From assembly GCA_012295275.1 (NCBI GenBank), contig CM022672.1, positions 24,428,001-24,492,000 of the forward strand: a DNA stretch of 64,000 nucleotides, in the 5' to 3' direction. Source of the stretch: Chrysomallon squamiferum. Lineage: Eukaryota > Animalia > Mollusca. The notes beneath the pieces are model-generated. The model was not told the origin of the DNA. It made no database searches and saw nothing but the letters and a program-made list of their open reading frames with translations. Position 1 is the first letter of the stretch; the number at the start of each line of letters is the position of its first letter. This document shows positions 1-13,800 of this stretch, one piece after another. The position numbers and the translations under genes are program-made.

Positions 1-930
1 ATGGATATGGACATTTATAATGAATATGAATGATATTTATACCTAAATGATAAGATCACTGAATGCTTAAAAAGTGGCAAAGAATGAAGGTAAGGAACCA
101 GTTATCGGCCTATATTTCTATTTTATGTGCTGAGATTCTTAGATTCTTAGATGGTAAGAAATAACAATATACACAAAATTGGGATAAACAGCAATGAATT
201 TAAATTTCACAGTTTGCTGATGACACAACATAACTATTAGAATGATGTGATAAAACTCTTACAGCCTTTAAGGAAACATCAGAATATTTTACCAAAATAT
301 CTGTCTTAAATATAATACAGATAAAACTAATATAGGCAAATTAGGCAAAGACTAAAATGATTACAGAAAAATGTGTTCAAAACATAAATTTAAATAAATT
401 ATAGAATTTACAATACTTGGGTATGGTTTTCCATGGATCTGTATCAAAGACAAGAATTTAACTAAAATTCAAAGTTGAATGAGCTTAAAAGGCTTCTTGA
501 ATGATGGTCAGAATGGTCTTTGTCACAGCTAGGAAATTATTACTGTAATCAAAAGTGCAGTTTTATTGAAAAAAAAATAATAATAAAAAAAAAACAATTC
601 TTCTCTACCAACACCGACAGGGTCTTTTTTTTAACAAATTAGTTATCTATTTCTTTTAATTACTTTGGAATATAAAGCCTGATAAAAAAGTTAGAAAAAT
701 ATTCAGGATTACAAAATTGTGGATTAAAAGCAATAAAAGTTATTTTGTAATTTACTAAAAATATCATATCTCAAAAGTATGTATTAGGACCAAAATATTT
801 CCCCTCTTTTGAGTAATTGTTTGCAAGCTTCACTAGTATCAGTTTTGGGGGTCAGCCTACAGTAAAACAAAATCACTGATAAGCAGAAACCCCTTTTGGA
901 AAAATGTATTACATATATGGTCAAATTTTA
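1..930 (+). mobile_element. Decayed L1/Tx1-clade LINE reverse transcriptase fragment
   Basis: Broken frames read LSAY..ILCAEIL..MVRNNNI..I.I...EFK/SQFADDTT (~102-232), the RT FADD region typical of L1/Tx1 ORF2; many stops and frameshifts. Confidence 0.65.
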
Positions 931-1053
931 TAGAAAAATGAAAAGCTACTATGTTATTTATTTATGTTATTTTTCTTACATTAGGGAATTAGGTAATCTT
1001 TGTTATAAACAATGTATTTATTTATTTCTTATTAATTATTCATCTGCTGGCTG

Positions 1054-1787
1054 CTAATAAAAGAACTTGCAATACATAATATTATTCAACCACTGTTCAG
1101 TTGAAGAGCAACAAATGGTGGATAAACTCTCCTTTTCTAAGTTCTTTTCTTTTAATACACAGATTAATGAAAATGAGCATGCCAACATAAACAAATAAAA
1201 ATACATGTACAATTTAGGGAAATAAATATAAATCATAGAAAACATTTTAGAAATATGAAAATAATATTAATAATAATAATAAAACAAAAATTTGAACTTG
1301 TAAAACGAAAGTAGAAACACAAACTTGATGATTCTGCTGGACATCCATATAGTTCTATTCTGAGTGTAAAAGATATTTTATCTGCATTGTAGCTCCAAGA
1401 TATCCTAACAAATCTTGCAATAATTGGAGATGAAAAGTGTGTTGATTTGACAGCCTTGGGTACAAATCCACAGTTAAATTCCTGAAAAGAAATATTTTAA
1501 TTTTAGGTATTTCTTTAAAACTGTGAAGAGAGTGCTATTAAAAATTAACAAATAGGATTATATCAGGACAATCAAAAACCTAAACAGGAACAGAAAGAAA
1601 AATTAATTCAAATAGTACTTTTTATTGTCTTACTTTTATAGATTCAAATAATCTGTTTTCAAAAGCTGAAGTTTATAATAACTGAAGAGACTATGGCCAT
1701 ATTTAAACAAGACAAGTAAATAAATAATTTAACAAAATTTGAGTTGGCTGAGTTAAACCTTCTATGAAATTAAACACAACTAGAACA

Positions 1788-1825
<38 letters not shown>

Positions 1826-4800
1826 CCATACATATTTTTTTAGATTTTTATCCTTTTTACAATTAATATTTCATTAATGAGTTTTCTCACTTCCAACACA
1901 TTTATTTAACAAAAATCTTTTAAAGTCTACTTTCAAATTTTATTGCACTGATTTAGTTTTTGTGACCAAATAACAAAGAAATAATTCCAGTGTACAAAAC
2001 CCAAGGAAGTAAACCAATATGGACAAAATGTCAATACACTACATTGAAAACTCGTATTTCATTTGAAGGAAGAATTCAACAAATATCAAAATTTTTTACT
2101 TTGCAAACAGGTTTCAAATAATTTCACCTTCATTTAGTTAAAAAAATAAAACTATTGTTTTTCAATTAAACAATAATTTAACAAATAGTTATTTAATTTG
2201 CATGAACTATTTTGTTTATTTCTATTTTTATTATTATTATACTTATTATTATTATTTTTAAATCCACCAGTAGTGTATTCCAAATTTAAGTAAAACATTA
2301 AATATATATTCAGAAGCATCAAGTCAATGTAATTTTTAATGTAATTTTGATTCTAGAAATAATAAGATAAAAATGTTATATTACAATATTGTAACCTTTT
2401 TGGTTAATTGTAATTGATTTTATTTATATGTAAATATCAGAATGTATTTTTCATTAATTGATCCGTCAGTATTCAGTTGCATGCAAAAATAAACTTAATA
2501 CCAGTTTCAAAAACCCATCATTTCCATGTTTAGAAAGTTATAATTAAGCATAATTCATTCTGTTACAACATTTTTCTTCAGTATTTTTAGCTAAGCACAT
2601 GAGATACCATCTAAATAATATCATCATATATAGTGAGATGTTTTGCTTTAAAACTAAACTTTACCTCTGAGTTCTTTTCATTCTTAACATTTGAGAAGTT
2701 AGTCAAATCTCTAGAATACTTTATCTGAAAGTTGAAGGGTAATGAAGTTTTCTTTGATTGAATAAAAGCTGTTATTGTATCTCCATTAGCTGAACTGCAT
2801 TTCATTGAATGTAACAAGAAAATTTGATGAAGATCAACCTGCAAGAATTAAAAAGAATATTAGTAAATGGCTTTCATACCTCAGCTCCGCATTATTTCAG
2901 ATATCTTGTACTGATGTCATCCTTTACAGCAATTCAGTATCATCATTAACAAGGAAGACTGACCATGAAACAATAAAAGATAAAAGTTAAATCAGAATCA
3001 ACCATCACAAAAATAAGAATGAAATTACTTAAGTTTTTTCAAACTTACTAATAACATAAATTGCTGAAAGACTTGCAGAAATAATGTATCAAATTTCATA
3101 TGCTCTGGGCCATATTTTCACTATATATAGAAGAGTCCTAGCTATTAACTGAAAATATTGCCTATCTCTTTTATGTAAATCTTTGAATAAAATTATGTCA
3201 CTGTGGCCAGTTAAATCCTGCATCTACTTAACATTGGACATTGTCCTTGTTCGTTAGTTCTTTGAGCCTAAAAAGAAAAGTATGCTTCTGAAGATATTTT
3301 TTAAAAAGCCACCTTATTTCTATCATATAATATTGAAAGCAAATATAATAACCTTTAGAAATAATAAAAAGTGTCGTAAGTAGGAATGCAAAAAAGTATT
3401 TATGGTGTACAATTCACAAAACATAAATATCTAACCTGAATAAATCCCTTTGGTTCTGTTGTTTGAAAAAAATTCAGGCCATTAGCAAGCTTAAGAGAAA
3501 TGTGATCTATCTTTGCATTTTCTAGTACATTTCCTGATGATGTCCAGTCATTTTCTAAAATGGTCCAATGTCCATTGAGTATAGGCAAATCACAATCTGA
3601 AGAAGAAATCAAATCTTTTTCTAAATCTAAAAAAAATTAAATAATAAAAATAATGTTATTAATAAATATACTTATTATTATCAATAATATATCTGAAATA
3701 TTTGCTTTTAAAGTTGTCATTCTTCAAAAATAGGCTGGTAATCTTGCCAGTGAGTAATTTAGTATTTCTTAAAAGATATTTAAGAATCAGAAAATTTGAT
3801 ATACAATTCAATAGGAAACACATTTTAAATAGATGTTTTAATATCACTTGGAATTTACCATACTTGGTCAGCTATTGTGAAGAAATGGCAGAAAAAGAGA
3901 TAACCGAATTTTACTCTGTTTAAAAACATGAAGAAATCAGTGGATATTCACATAATGAGTTTGTTGATACATTAGTGAAGGATTTATTTCAGCATTTGTA
4001 AATACTTATTCTTTTAAATAACAACCCCTTGCACCTCATCTTTAGATAATAATGATTTCACCACACAATTCAGACAATTTTCAAACTTAGTTTGAATAAT
4101 GGACATGTTACAGGATGCTTGCCCAAAATGCCTTTTTGAACTGTGCATGTGTAGTCACTATGTGGTGTATGTGTTTTGATGTTCTATATTCAATCAACCA
4201 CTACAAGGTAAAAACCAAATCCATGAAAAACAATATACAATAGATCACAACATCCAAATACAGAAGTGTTACAGAAATATATACCACATCATTTGCCAAT
4301 ATATATTGTAAATCTCATCCACCATTTATGAATTCTTTAACAGGTTTGCCAGTACTCTTAACCTTTTTCATGACTTTATTTGCTAGTGTATGTCTTCTAG
4401 TATCTTTTCAAAGGATTTGTTGGTTTTTTGACAAGTACATAAAAGTAGTTTGTTTATATTCAAAGATAAGACAAAAATTCTGTTAAGTAAATTAGATGAG
4501 TTCCTTATGGTTATGTTAAATATTTAGTTTTTACAGTTAAAACTACAAGTAGTTCCATATTCTGTAAGGAAAAAAACAAAATAATAAGAAAGAAAAATAA
4601 TAGATATCTTTAATAAAGTCATATGCAAACTTAGATTTATTATGCAGATTAGATGGTGCATATATTATAAAATAAATTATAGATTGCAAAATATTTACAA
4701 CTGGTGTTAGAGAAGTTGTGTGACTGATTGAAATAATTTTACCACACAGATGTTTTTTATATACATTATTAAACAGTTGCCATCTTACCTTTTTCTTTAT

Positions 4801-7800
4801 ATTGGCAAAATGAACAAGCTTTTGCAGTTGATACGGGTTTAAATGTCCATAAGTACTTATTTGTTCTATCAATAACAGCCACCATTTCCTCTGTACCTAT
4901 TTCTGGTACTGCATTACAAAATAATGTAAAGTCAACCCATGTGCCATCTTGCCATTCTGTGTTCATTAGAGATTTTCCTTTAAGACCTGAAATACAGAAT
5001 TGTTTCCTTAATGAAAATAAAAATATATGGATAATTTTGCATTTAAAGTGATGTTTCAAGTTAGAAGCATTTGTTTTTTTACTGGAAAATTACTGAAATC
5101 TGCATAGCATCTTTATTTTTATGTAACTAACAACACCAACGCAAATACAGGTAAGAGTCCATTTATTCAGCTTCCAGAAATCAAGAAAATACAGGAAACT
5201 GGTTATACTTTTTAACTTGCTACTTTTGAATTTAGTGCAACATGTTGAATAGTAACACAGCTGTTTGCAAATTTTTTTATCTGGGTACTTATAACATTCA
5301 CATTGCTTACAATCACAACTATCTGCATCAGACCATTATATCAAAAACAGTATGTGACTTCACATCAGTATTACTTAAGAAAATATATATTATTATTCTT
5401 TTATTTTTTTAATTATTTTTTATGATTTATGAAATACAATTGTTATTTATTGACATTATTTATCAGAAATCATGCTTTTAAATAACAAACCTCTTACATT
5501 GTAAATTTTACATCCAAAATCTAAAATAAAAATGTAGAATACTTACCTAAAAACCAGTATTTGCAATTCTTGTAAAGATGAAGTAGAGAATACACTGTTC
5601 TTGCTTCAGTAATTATATGAGGCGAAAATAAATGGCCGCCATATTTTTTACATTCATTGTAAGCTTCATCAAAAGTTGTTTCATTTGGCACAATAACAAA
5701 ATACTTGGTTGTTTTAACAAATGGTTTTAATAAATTTTTATGCAAATGATAAGGTAACGTCTGGATTTGATAGTTACTGATCTGTGGTGGCACATCTATC
5801 AAAAAGAATGTTTTTTTTTTCTTTCCATGTATTAACAAACGTCCAAGAAGAAAATAATTATAAATAAAAAAATAATGGAAACAGAAGGAAAAAGAAGGGG
5901 AAAAAAAAGAATATTAAATAGAAAATATTAAATAAAGGTGAAAATAAGATGTGAAAATTAACTGTTTCAGAGAACAGAGAAAATGACTACAGATAATAAA
6001 TGGAAAACCTTAAGACTCATGGTCATATAAATATTCCTAAAAGCTTTGTTATTTTTTATAAAGTACTTCTTTCCATAAGTATAGCTACTGTCTGTATATT
6101 TCATACTACCTTAATATTCTCTTTGAAAACTGTATTACCTGGCAAACATGTCTTTCCATCGATAAATAAATGATACTGAAAGTTACAGGTACAGAAAAAA
6201 TGTTCAGGTGTATCAATACAGTTGTGGCTGCATGGATTTTTACTACATTCATTAACAAGGCCTCGTCCTGATTATAAAAAGAAGGAAACAAAATAGACTG
6301 AAAACATTTAGAAAATCAAACAAAGATTACTTTTATATTTTTATGCAAGTTATAGTTACAGGTACAGTTAGAAACTAACATGGAAAAATTTTAGAAATAT
6401 TTTTTCTAGCTACTGTCCTTTCCTACATTACAACAATACCTGTGAAGTTTTGAAAGGTAAAATCACCTTTTACTTTTCTTCTGTGGACAGTATATCCTAA
6501 GTCACATAATAATATGTATTAAATTAACTAATTTTATTTAATTTTTACAGATTTAGCTCTTTACTTCTGTACAAAAATGTTACAATAATGAAATCAGTGT
6601 AATAACCTCAAAGATTAATCATATTGTATGGCTTTTAAATTTATTATCTCATTTTATAATGTTTCTTTATGTTCTACATACCGTATATACTTGTGTACAA
6701 GGTGACCTTATGTATAAGTCGATGTGTATTTTAAGACCAAAAATTGCGTCATTTTAGGTATTACTTGAGTATAAGTTGACTGTAGATTTCAGGCACCATC
6801 ACTATTTTTAGACCAGTGTGACAGTGCCATGAAGGCCTACATTGTACGCCTACTGTAACATATCTTGCACGAGCTGTAATATGCACGAACATACCATAAT
6901 AATATAAATGCATGTATTGCACGAGCTATAGCCTAAATGTATCATAAATAGTATCTCTTTAATGTAATAGGTCTAACATGGAGACCTAACTTACCGTTAT
7001 ATTTAGCCGTTCTTAGATTTACAAAATTTGTCGGTAGTGGCATTAATGACGATTGCAATATTATTTCACCAAATTCTTTACAATTAAACAAGTGAGTTTT
7101 GTTTATGAAATTAGGACGATATTTAGTGTAATTTGGCAGAGAAGTCTGCATTCCTAGATCATTGCAAGACGCCGTAAGGCATAATGCCGTACTGACGGTT
7201 TTCTCGCTTTAAAATGTATTTTTATGTCATTAAACAGAAGAATATCATGTTTTACCTTCATGTTTGGTTTTGTTATTTAATTTTTCAAAAATTTTTATAT
7301 ACGATAAAATTATATTTTTGAAAAGCTGAAAGACCGTGATTATTTTAGATGCATCCCTTAGCAAAAAATAGTCAAAATGGCGACTCTTCGGCAACAGCTA
7401 CAAAAGCATTACCTATGTATAAATCGACCCCCAAAATATTACCTAAATATAGTCTCCCAAAAATTCGACTTATACACAAGTATATACGGTAGTTATGAAA
7501 TAAGCACTTCTTTTACTGTTATACAAATATCTTGGTAGCCTGAACTCACTTTATAAAATTTAAAGCTTAACTTGTGATTAATTCAACAATTCATTTTTGA
7601 AAGGAATCATATTATTACAAATATGTCATAGTGTGTCTGTTAATATTGATACATTAGAAATTTTAAACTCACTGAGCTTCTCATAATCATTACTAGCCAC
7701 ATGGAAATGGGGGAATGTTATAGAATTAGATTTCACAGAACAAAGTATATGTATTCAAATTGAATATGCAAATGTGTTTTATACAAAACAGATTAATTTT

Positions 7801-10800
7801 AGTAGGAAAAGAGTTTATAATAATGCTGGTGAACACAAATCCTGTGTATGGGCATGCAAGTTTGGAAATAACAACTGACAGAACATATTCTTTTTCCTTG
7901 TGTCTGTGTTAAAAAAATTTCATTTCAACAATTGTGATCGTGTTCAAAACCTCATACATTCTGGAAATTCTGTGTGATCAGTTTTTTCATATTTGCAATG
8001 AAAGTGTGAGAAACTATATTGCTAAAAACATCACATAAATGCACCACAAACTGAGAATAATTAATTTTTTTATTTTATTTTATTATTCTTCTTTGTTTTG
8101 GTCAAAAAAATTTGATGAATGAATGGCTGAATATATGGGTTATTCAAAACTTATCAAAACAAATATTTGCATTCAACTAATTACCTGTGAGATGTCCAAT
8201 AAGGTCCCACTGATAACCTTTGCATATGGTTCTATCACTAATCTGTAGAGTAATTTCTGTAGCATTAAAGAATGGGTCCATGAAAATTATACTTTTTGAT
8301 CTCTTTCTTTTCCTCATCTCCTGAAATAAAATATTAAATTATATTGAAAACTATTTCACCAGTACTTTCTAAATCTTTAACAACATTTTAACTAAATATA
8401 CAGTTTCAACAAAAGTTTATAATGTAGTCCTGAAATTAACAAGAAAAAAAAAATTAAAATTATATTGATTATTGTTCCGTTTGTTTTACTTTTATTTGTT
8501 TGTTTGTTGGGATTTTTTTTTTTTTTTTTTATTAAAAATGTTTATCAATAACGGATATATGTTATTTGCATCACTGAAAGTAATTGTTTGATACTGCATA
8601 TTTTGATGTGAAGCTAAAACAAATTTAGAGATATTCTTTTCGTGTAAGCCTAAAAAATTGCAATAGTTCTGCCATAATATTCCTTGCTATCAGGGGGGAA
8701 AAGAAATTTGTCATTATTAGGATGCAAAATCACAACTGTTAATTTAGTTGGTATAACTTAATTAAATTGACAATCCATTTGCATGACTTACAACAAATGT
8801 TAATATTTCAGTTGTTAAAATATAACACTCTTTGTCAACCATACCAATAAATATTCAACAAATTAGCAGCTTTCAACAGACAGCTGATGTAACCTAACAA
8901 CATTTAAGCTTGCCAAAAGAAAATGTCATTTTTGTATTATTTATAATTTTATTTCTCTAATGGCAATTTTAAAACATTTATCAAAGACATCTAACACTGC
9001 AATTTTATTTGTTCGATTGTGATTATTATTTGGTTAAACAGTGAAAAGAATTTTAATCCTAACACTAATGGCCACTATTTACTATTAACCTGGAAAAAAA
9101 TGTTCTAGGTGGGTTTTTCTTTCAAAATACCTGAGTCTTACTGACTGTCTTTGATTGAAATTCTTTATATTCAATGTGAAAGGTTAGAAATGTAGTGCTG
9201 CAGACCATGCCAATAACAAATACACCACTTATCTCATTCTCAGAATTCAATGTAACCTAAAACAAAAACAAAAAAGACATTTAATTATGATTTAACCCAA
9301 CATAAAATGTAAAAAAATTTAATAATAAATAACATTTATTTATAATTTTTATTCTTATTGTATATATTACGTGCCATAACTGTATTCAATTATGTAGTAT
9401 AAAAAGAAATTAATAAAATTTCAGCATCATTTTAAAAACTTTGAATGTCTGAATACCTATATTTAACTAATACAATAAATATGTATAAACATGTTTTCAT
9501 CATATTTACTCACTTTGATTCAACCATGTCACACAAAGAACATAATATAAACAAATTTATAGTTACTAAACATGAACATTATTTCTCTTCCTTATATCTA
9601 TTTTAAAAAATTAATTGATGCTTATGGAATATCTTCCTTTCAATTATGCTTGATAGTTCATTTGTTTTAGAATTATCAAATAAGGCTACACCATAACAAT
9701 TGGGAAGAAAATTACAATTTTTAAATTGTATTTAATTACATATAGTGACAGGAAATATATTAAGCTCTAGAACAAAAAGGTACTTTTACTGTTAGACCAA
9801 GAATGGAAGCAATATTAAAAAAATAAATAAAATATTAAAAAGAGGCCTCTCTTGCTAGTAAAAGGTTTGCCACATTTTGAAATGAGTAATTTTTTCCAAA
9901 TTAAACTAAGAGAAAACAAACTAACTATGCTGGATTAAAAATAGATTTATATGAAAAACAGCTTCTCTGAAGAATAATCAATTATCTATTACTTTTGTGA
10001 TTATATTAAAAAATCACAAGCTTGAGATTAAATAAGTTTTTATTTCAGGTAACATACTGCTATGTTTCTATTAAAAAAATAAAAAAATAAAATTCAAATT
10101 ATTCTTTTAAGCCCTGCAACATATTTATTGCACAACAATGTACATACTGGAAATGTTGTTTGTATGTACATTTTGAAGGTTTCTTTGATGTGAATATAAT
10201 ATGTTTAAAATCACATGTAATTCTTTACTAAAACAAATATTCAAGTTCAGTAATTATGAATTTGAATAACAGAAACAAAAGTTAATCTTAAGCATTTGAT
10301 AAATCCAAATATCATATTCAAGAAATATGATGATGTCACATTTGTTAAACAAATGGTATTCAGACATTCCATAGTTACTGAACATGTTAATTACAATTTT
10401 AATTTATCTATAATTTATAGGACTACCTTTATAAATGCTACTTGGATTGTAACAAAACTGAAAGATGCATTGTGATTTGGACTCTGGATGTTTATACTTT
10501 CTTTTATTTTTGAATATACATACATAAACACATAAAAACACTCATGTATACATTGTATTGCTTTAATCAAATGGTTTATAATATATTGGTTTAATGAAAA
10601 GAAAATTGTTTTAGCTGATTTCCATTTAATTTCTGAGAATTTGCTAAGTTTTTCATGTCTTATTATGTCTTGAATATTTTACAGACAACTAGAAACTGTT
10701 TAAAATTAAGATAGCATTTTCAGAAATAATAATACCCTCAAAAATTTGTTAGTATTAACATCAGGATTCCAGTATGATCCAAACATAATTCCTGTGGCAG

Positions 10801-13800
10801 TTTTGACAAACATCTTAGAACCACGACGACTTCTTGCTGGACCAAATGCTAAACTTGAAGCCAGAGATATTCGAGTAGTATAAGCTGATGAGGAGAACTG
10901 ATCATCATGAACATCGTGATAACCAGTGAATAAGTAAGAACCATCCTCTGTAGAACATAATGAAAAACAAATATACATACGCACACACAAACACACCCAC
11001 ACACCCATACACACATTATTATTATTATTGAAATGCTGTAATAAAAATTATACCTTTTAAAAATTATATGACTGCATTAATCACATGAAAAAATGATGGA
11101 TAAGTTCAGTTAATACGTCATTGAAAGTGCAAGGAATATTCTACCAAATCAAGCCTTGTCATACATTAATTTTGGATTTTTATATTTTATTCTTATTTCA
11201 TTTATTTTATTTCTTTATTTATTTTCGATTATGTTTTTTTTCCTATCTGCTAGAAGGTACATCTATCGGTTGTCATTTCTTATTTAATTTTATTGGATTT
11301 GATTACACACATAACTAACCTTTTATATTTTATTCCAGAACTTAAAGTTATATGAACACCAAATTTTGTTAATAAACAGGTTAATTGTAACTATGTGAAA
11401 TCATCATTGAAAATAAAATTTGAGTCATTCTTGTACTCCCAAATCAGCAGTTTTTCAGAAAACTTCATTTTAGTTACACACTTGTTCAGGAGTATAACCA
11501 AAAGGTTAGGAAATCTGTAAAGAGGTGACATACTTACTTGAAATACGACAGCTTATGTAGTATTCTTCTCTGTCAGTAACAGCATTCCAAATCACACTTC
11601 TGTTTTGTTTACCAATTACAACTGTTGAACCTGCTGCTTGTAGTCTGTCCAAATTAGGAATGATAGTTTTATATGATCCATCAATGGATTTAAAGAAGCT
11701 GTTATCCAAATCCACATCTGCATAACCTTTAAAATAAAACATCTTAAACTATTTTTAAATTCTGAGGATATTTTTAAAAAATGAAATGAAATAAACATGC
11801 AAAAATAAATGTAACTATGTAAATATATGCTTAACAACTATTAGTGTTCAGTAGGTGTCAAATATGTTTTCTGTTACCAAATCAGAAATATTACCAATGT
11901 GATAATATTGGTTGTCAACTCCACTTTGTGTTAGTTCACCCAAAAATTGGTTATATTCTTCAGATGTAAAAAATGTAGTTAAATGACCTCCTTGAGTAAG
12001 ACACTGAGTCTGTCCCTTTTCAAAAGTTGACTTTTCTTTATACACTCTAAAGTAAACTGAATAATCTGCAAAAGAAACAGAAACAACCTGTTCTTACATG
12101 CAAAAAGAAACTTTCATTCATTGAATTTTTACATAATTATCAAACAATATATTCTCCATTTCTACAAATAACTTTTGGTGCCATAAATAATTTGACATTA
12201 TAATCAATTTAAAAATGTTTTATAGATGAAAATGGTTATTAACCATAAATAAAAAAACATGATATAACATATTTGCATTAACCTTTTATACATTTAAATC
12301 CATCACGCCACAATATAAATCCTTTGAAACAAGTGCAGACTGCAATTTCATTTTTCATTGTGCACTGATGCTGACAACCTCCATTATTTACTGGACATGT
12401 TTTAAACAGTTCTGTATTAGAAAGAAAGAAAAAAAAAATAATAATAAATTGCATTTTATAAGAAATGTTTTTCTGGTTTTTCAGAACATTTTACCAGTTG
12501 CCTGGGTCTGACTTGTGGCAACATATTTTTTAATTAACAATTTGACAAATATAGTATAAAATTTAAGTTTAAATAAATGGTCTGAATGAAATCTTTATAC
12601 TTCCAAATTATTATTTTGTTTTCTCAGACCTATATGCTTACAAAGTATGACAGTATAATATTATTCTGTCAAAATATTTGAAAAGCAGTGTCTTACTCCT
12701 TCAGCTGTATCATCATCATGTACAGAACATGTATACTAATTTTGTGAAGAAAGAAGTTTTACTTCAAGGATGGAATTTAAATAATTAATTAATTATTTAA
12801 TTAATAAAAACACAAAACTGTTTATATAAGTCACAATGACAAGATTTTCAAGTTTGATATTGAAACAGTAGTTACTAGTTAAAATAAAAGATGTTGACAA
12901 ACATCTAAGATATGCACCAGTTTATGCTTAGTGTCCATTATTATTATATTAAAATATTATTTATATACTGTTTATAGAAAAACAGAAATTGTGCCTGTTG
13001 TTACTATTTATTGCATTACCTCCAAAAGTATAAATGAGCAACAATGACTCTACACAGTTCCTGTGAATGAGTAAATTCATTTTGTTGTTAATTAGCTATC
13101 ACCAAAAACTTTAAATCAGAGGTACTCAGTGTATCATATGAATCAACCAGTCAATCACAAAGGTAGTATGGATAGATTGCATGGCATTAAAAAAAATCAG
13201 TTTGACAGACACATTTAAGATTTTGTTTTTACTTGAGCCAGTAGCTACATTAATGTGGTACCCATTTAGGGAAGATGCCAAGTTTGATTCACTTGCATCA
13301 AAAATTGCAATGTAGTTTCACCAGAACTCATCTAAAATGGAGGATGAGATTTTGACTGTAGAAGCTGACAATGAGCTGAAGTTCAGAGCTCAAAGGAATT
13401 TCTGGAACTTACAGAGGAAATATACCAAAACATGAGGAAATGCACTACCTCCCTGACTGCATGTTTTGGTTACACTTATTTATGCAACATGAAAATTGTT
13501 AAGTCAAAATACCATTCTACTATGACTGATGATCATTTCCATTCAGTGAAAGTGATCAGAGTAATATAAGGACCAACAATATAAAGAGTTGTATTGTGGC
13601 ATATGAGTTCATGGTTATGCAAGGTTAATCAACATATATTGTGTATATAAAGTATTCTCAGTATATATATGAATGAATATGATTTGCATTTGTAATGCAG
13701 GTAGATCATTTTGACTGTCATTTTAAAAATAGCTTGCAAGATGAAAAAGTGAGTCAACCCTGCTCTAAATAAAATTTAAAAAAATAAGAAATGGACTTAA

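Noticed and set aside
2396-2610. Possible extra gene A exon with AG/GT borders
   Set aside because: It contains stops, and the flanking exons already join in phase 0 to complete discoidin 3.
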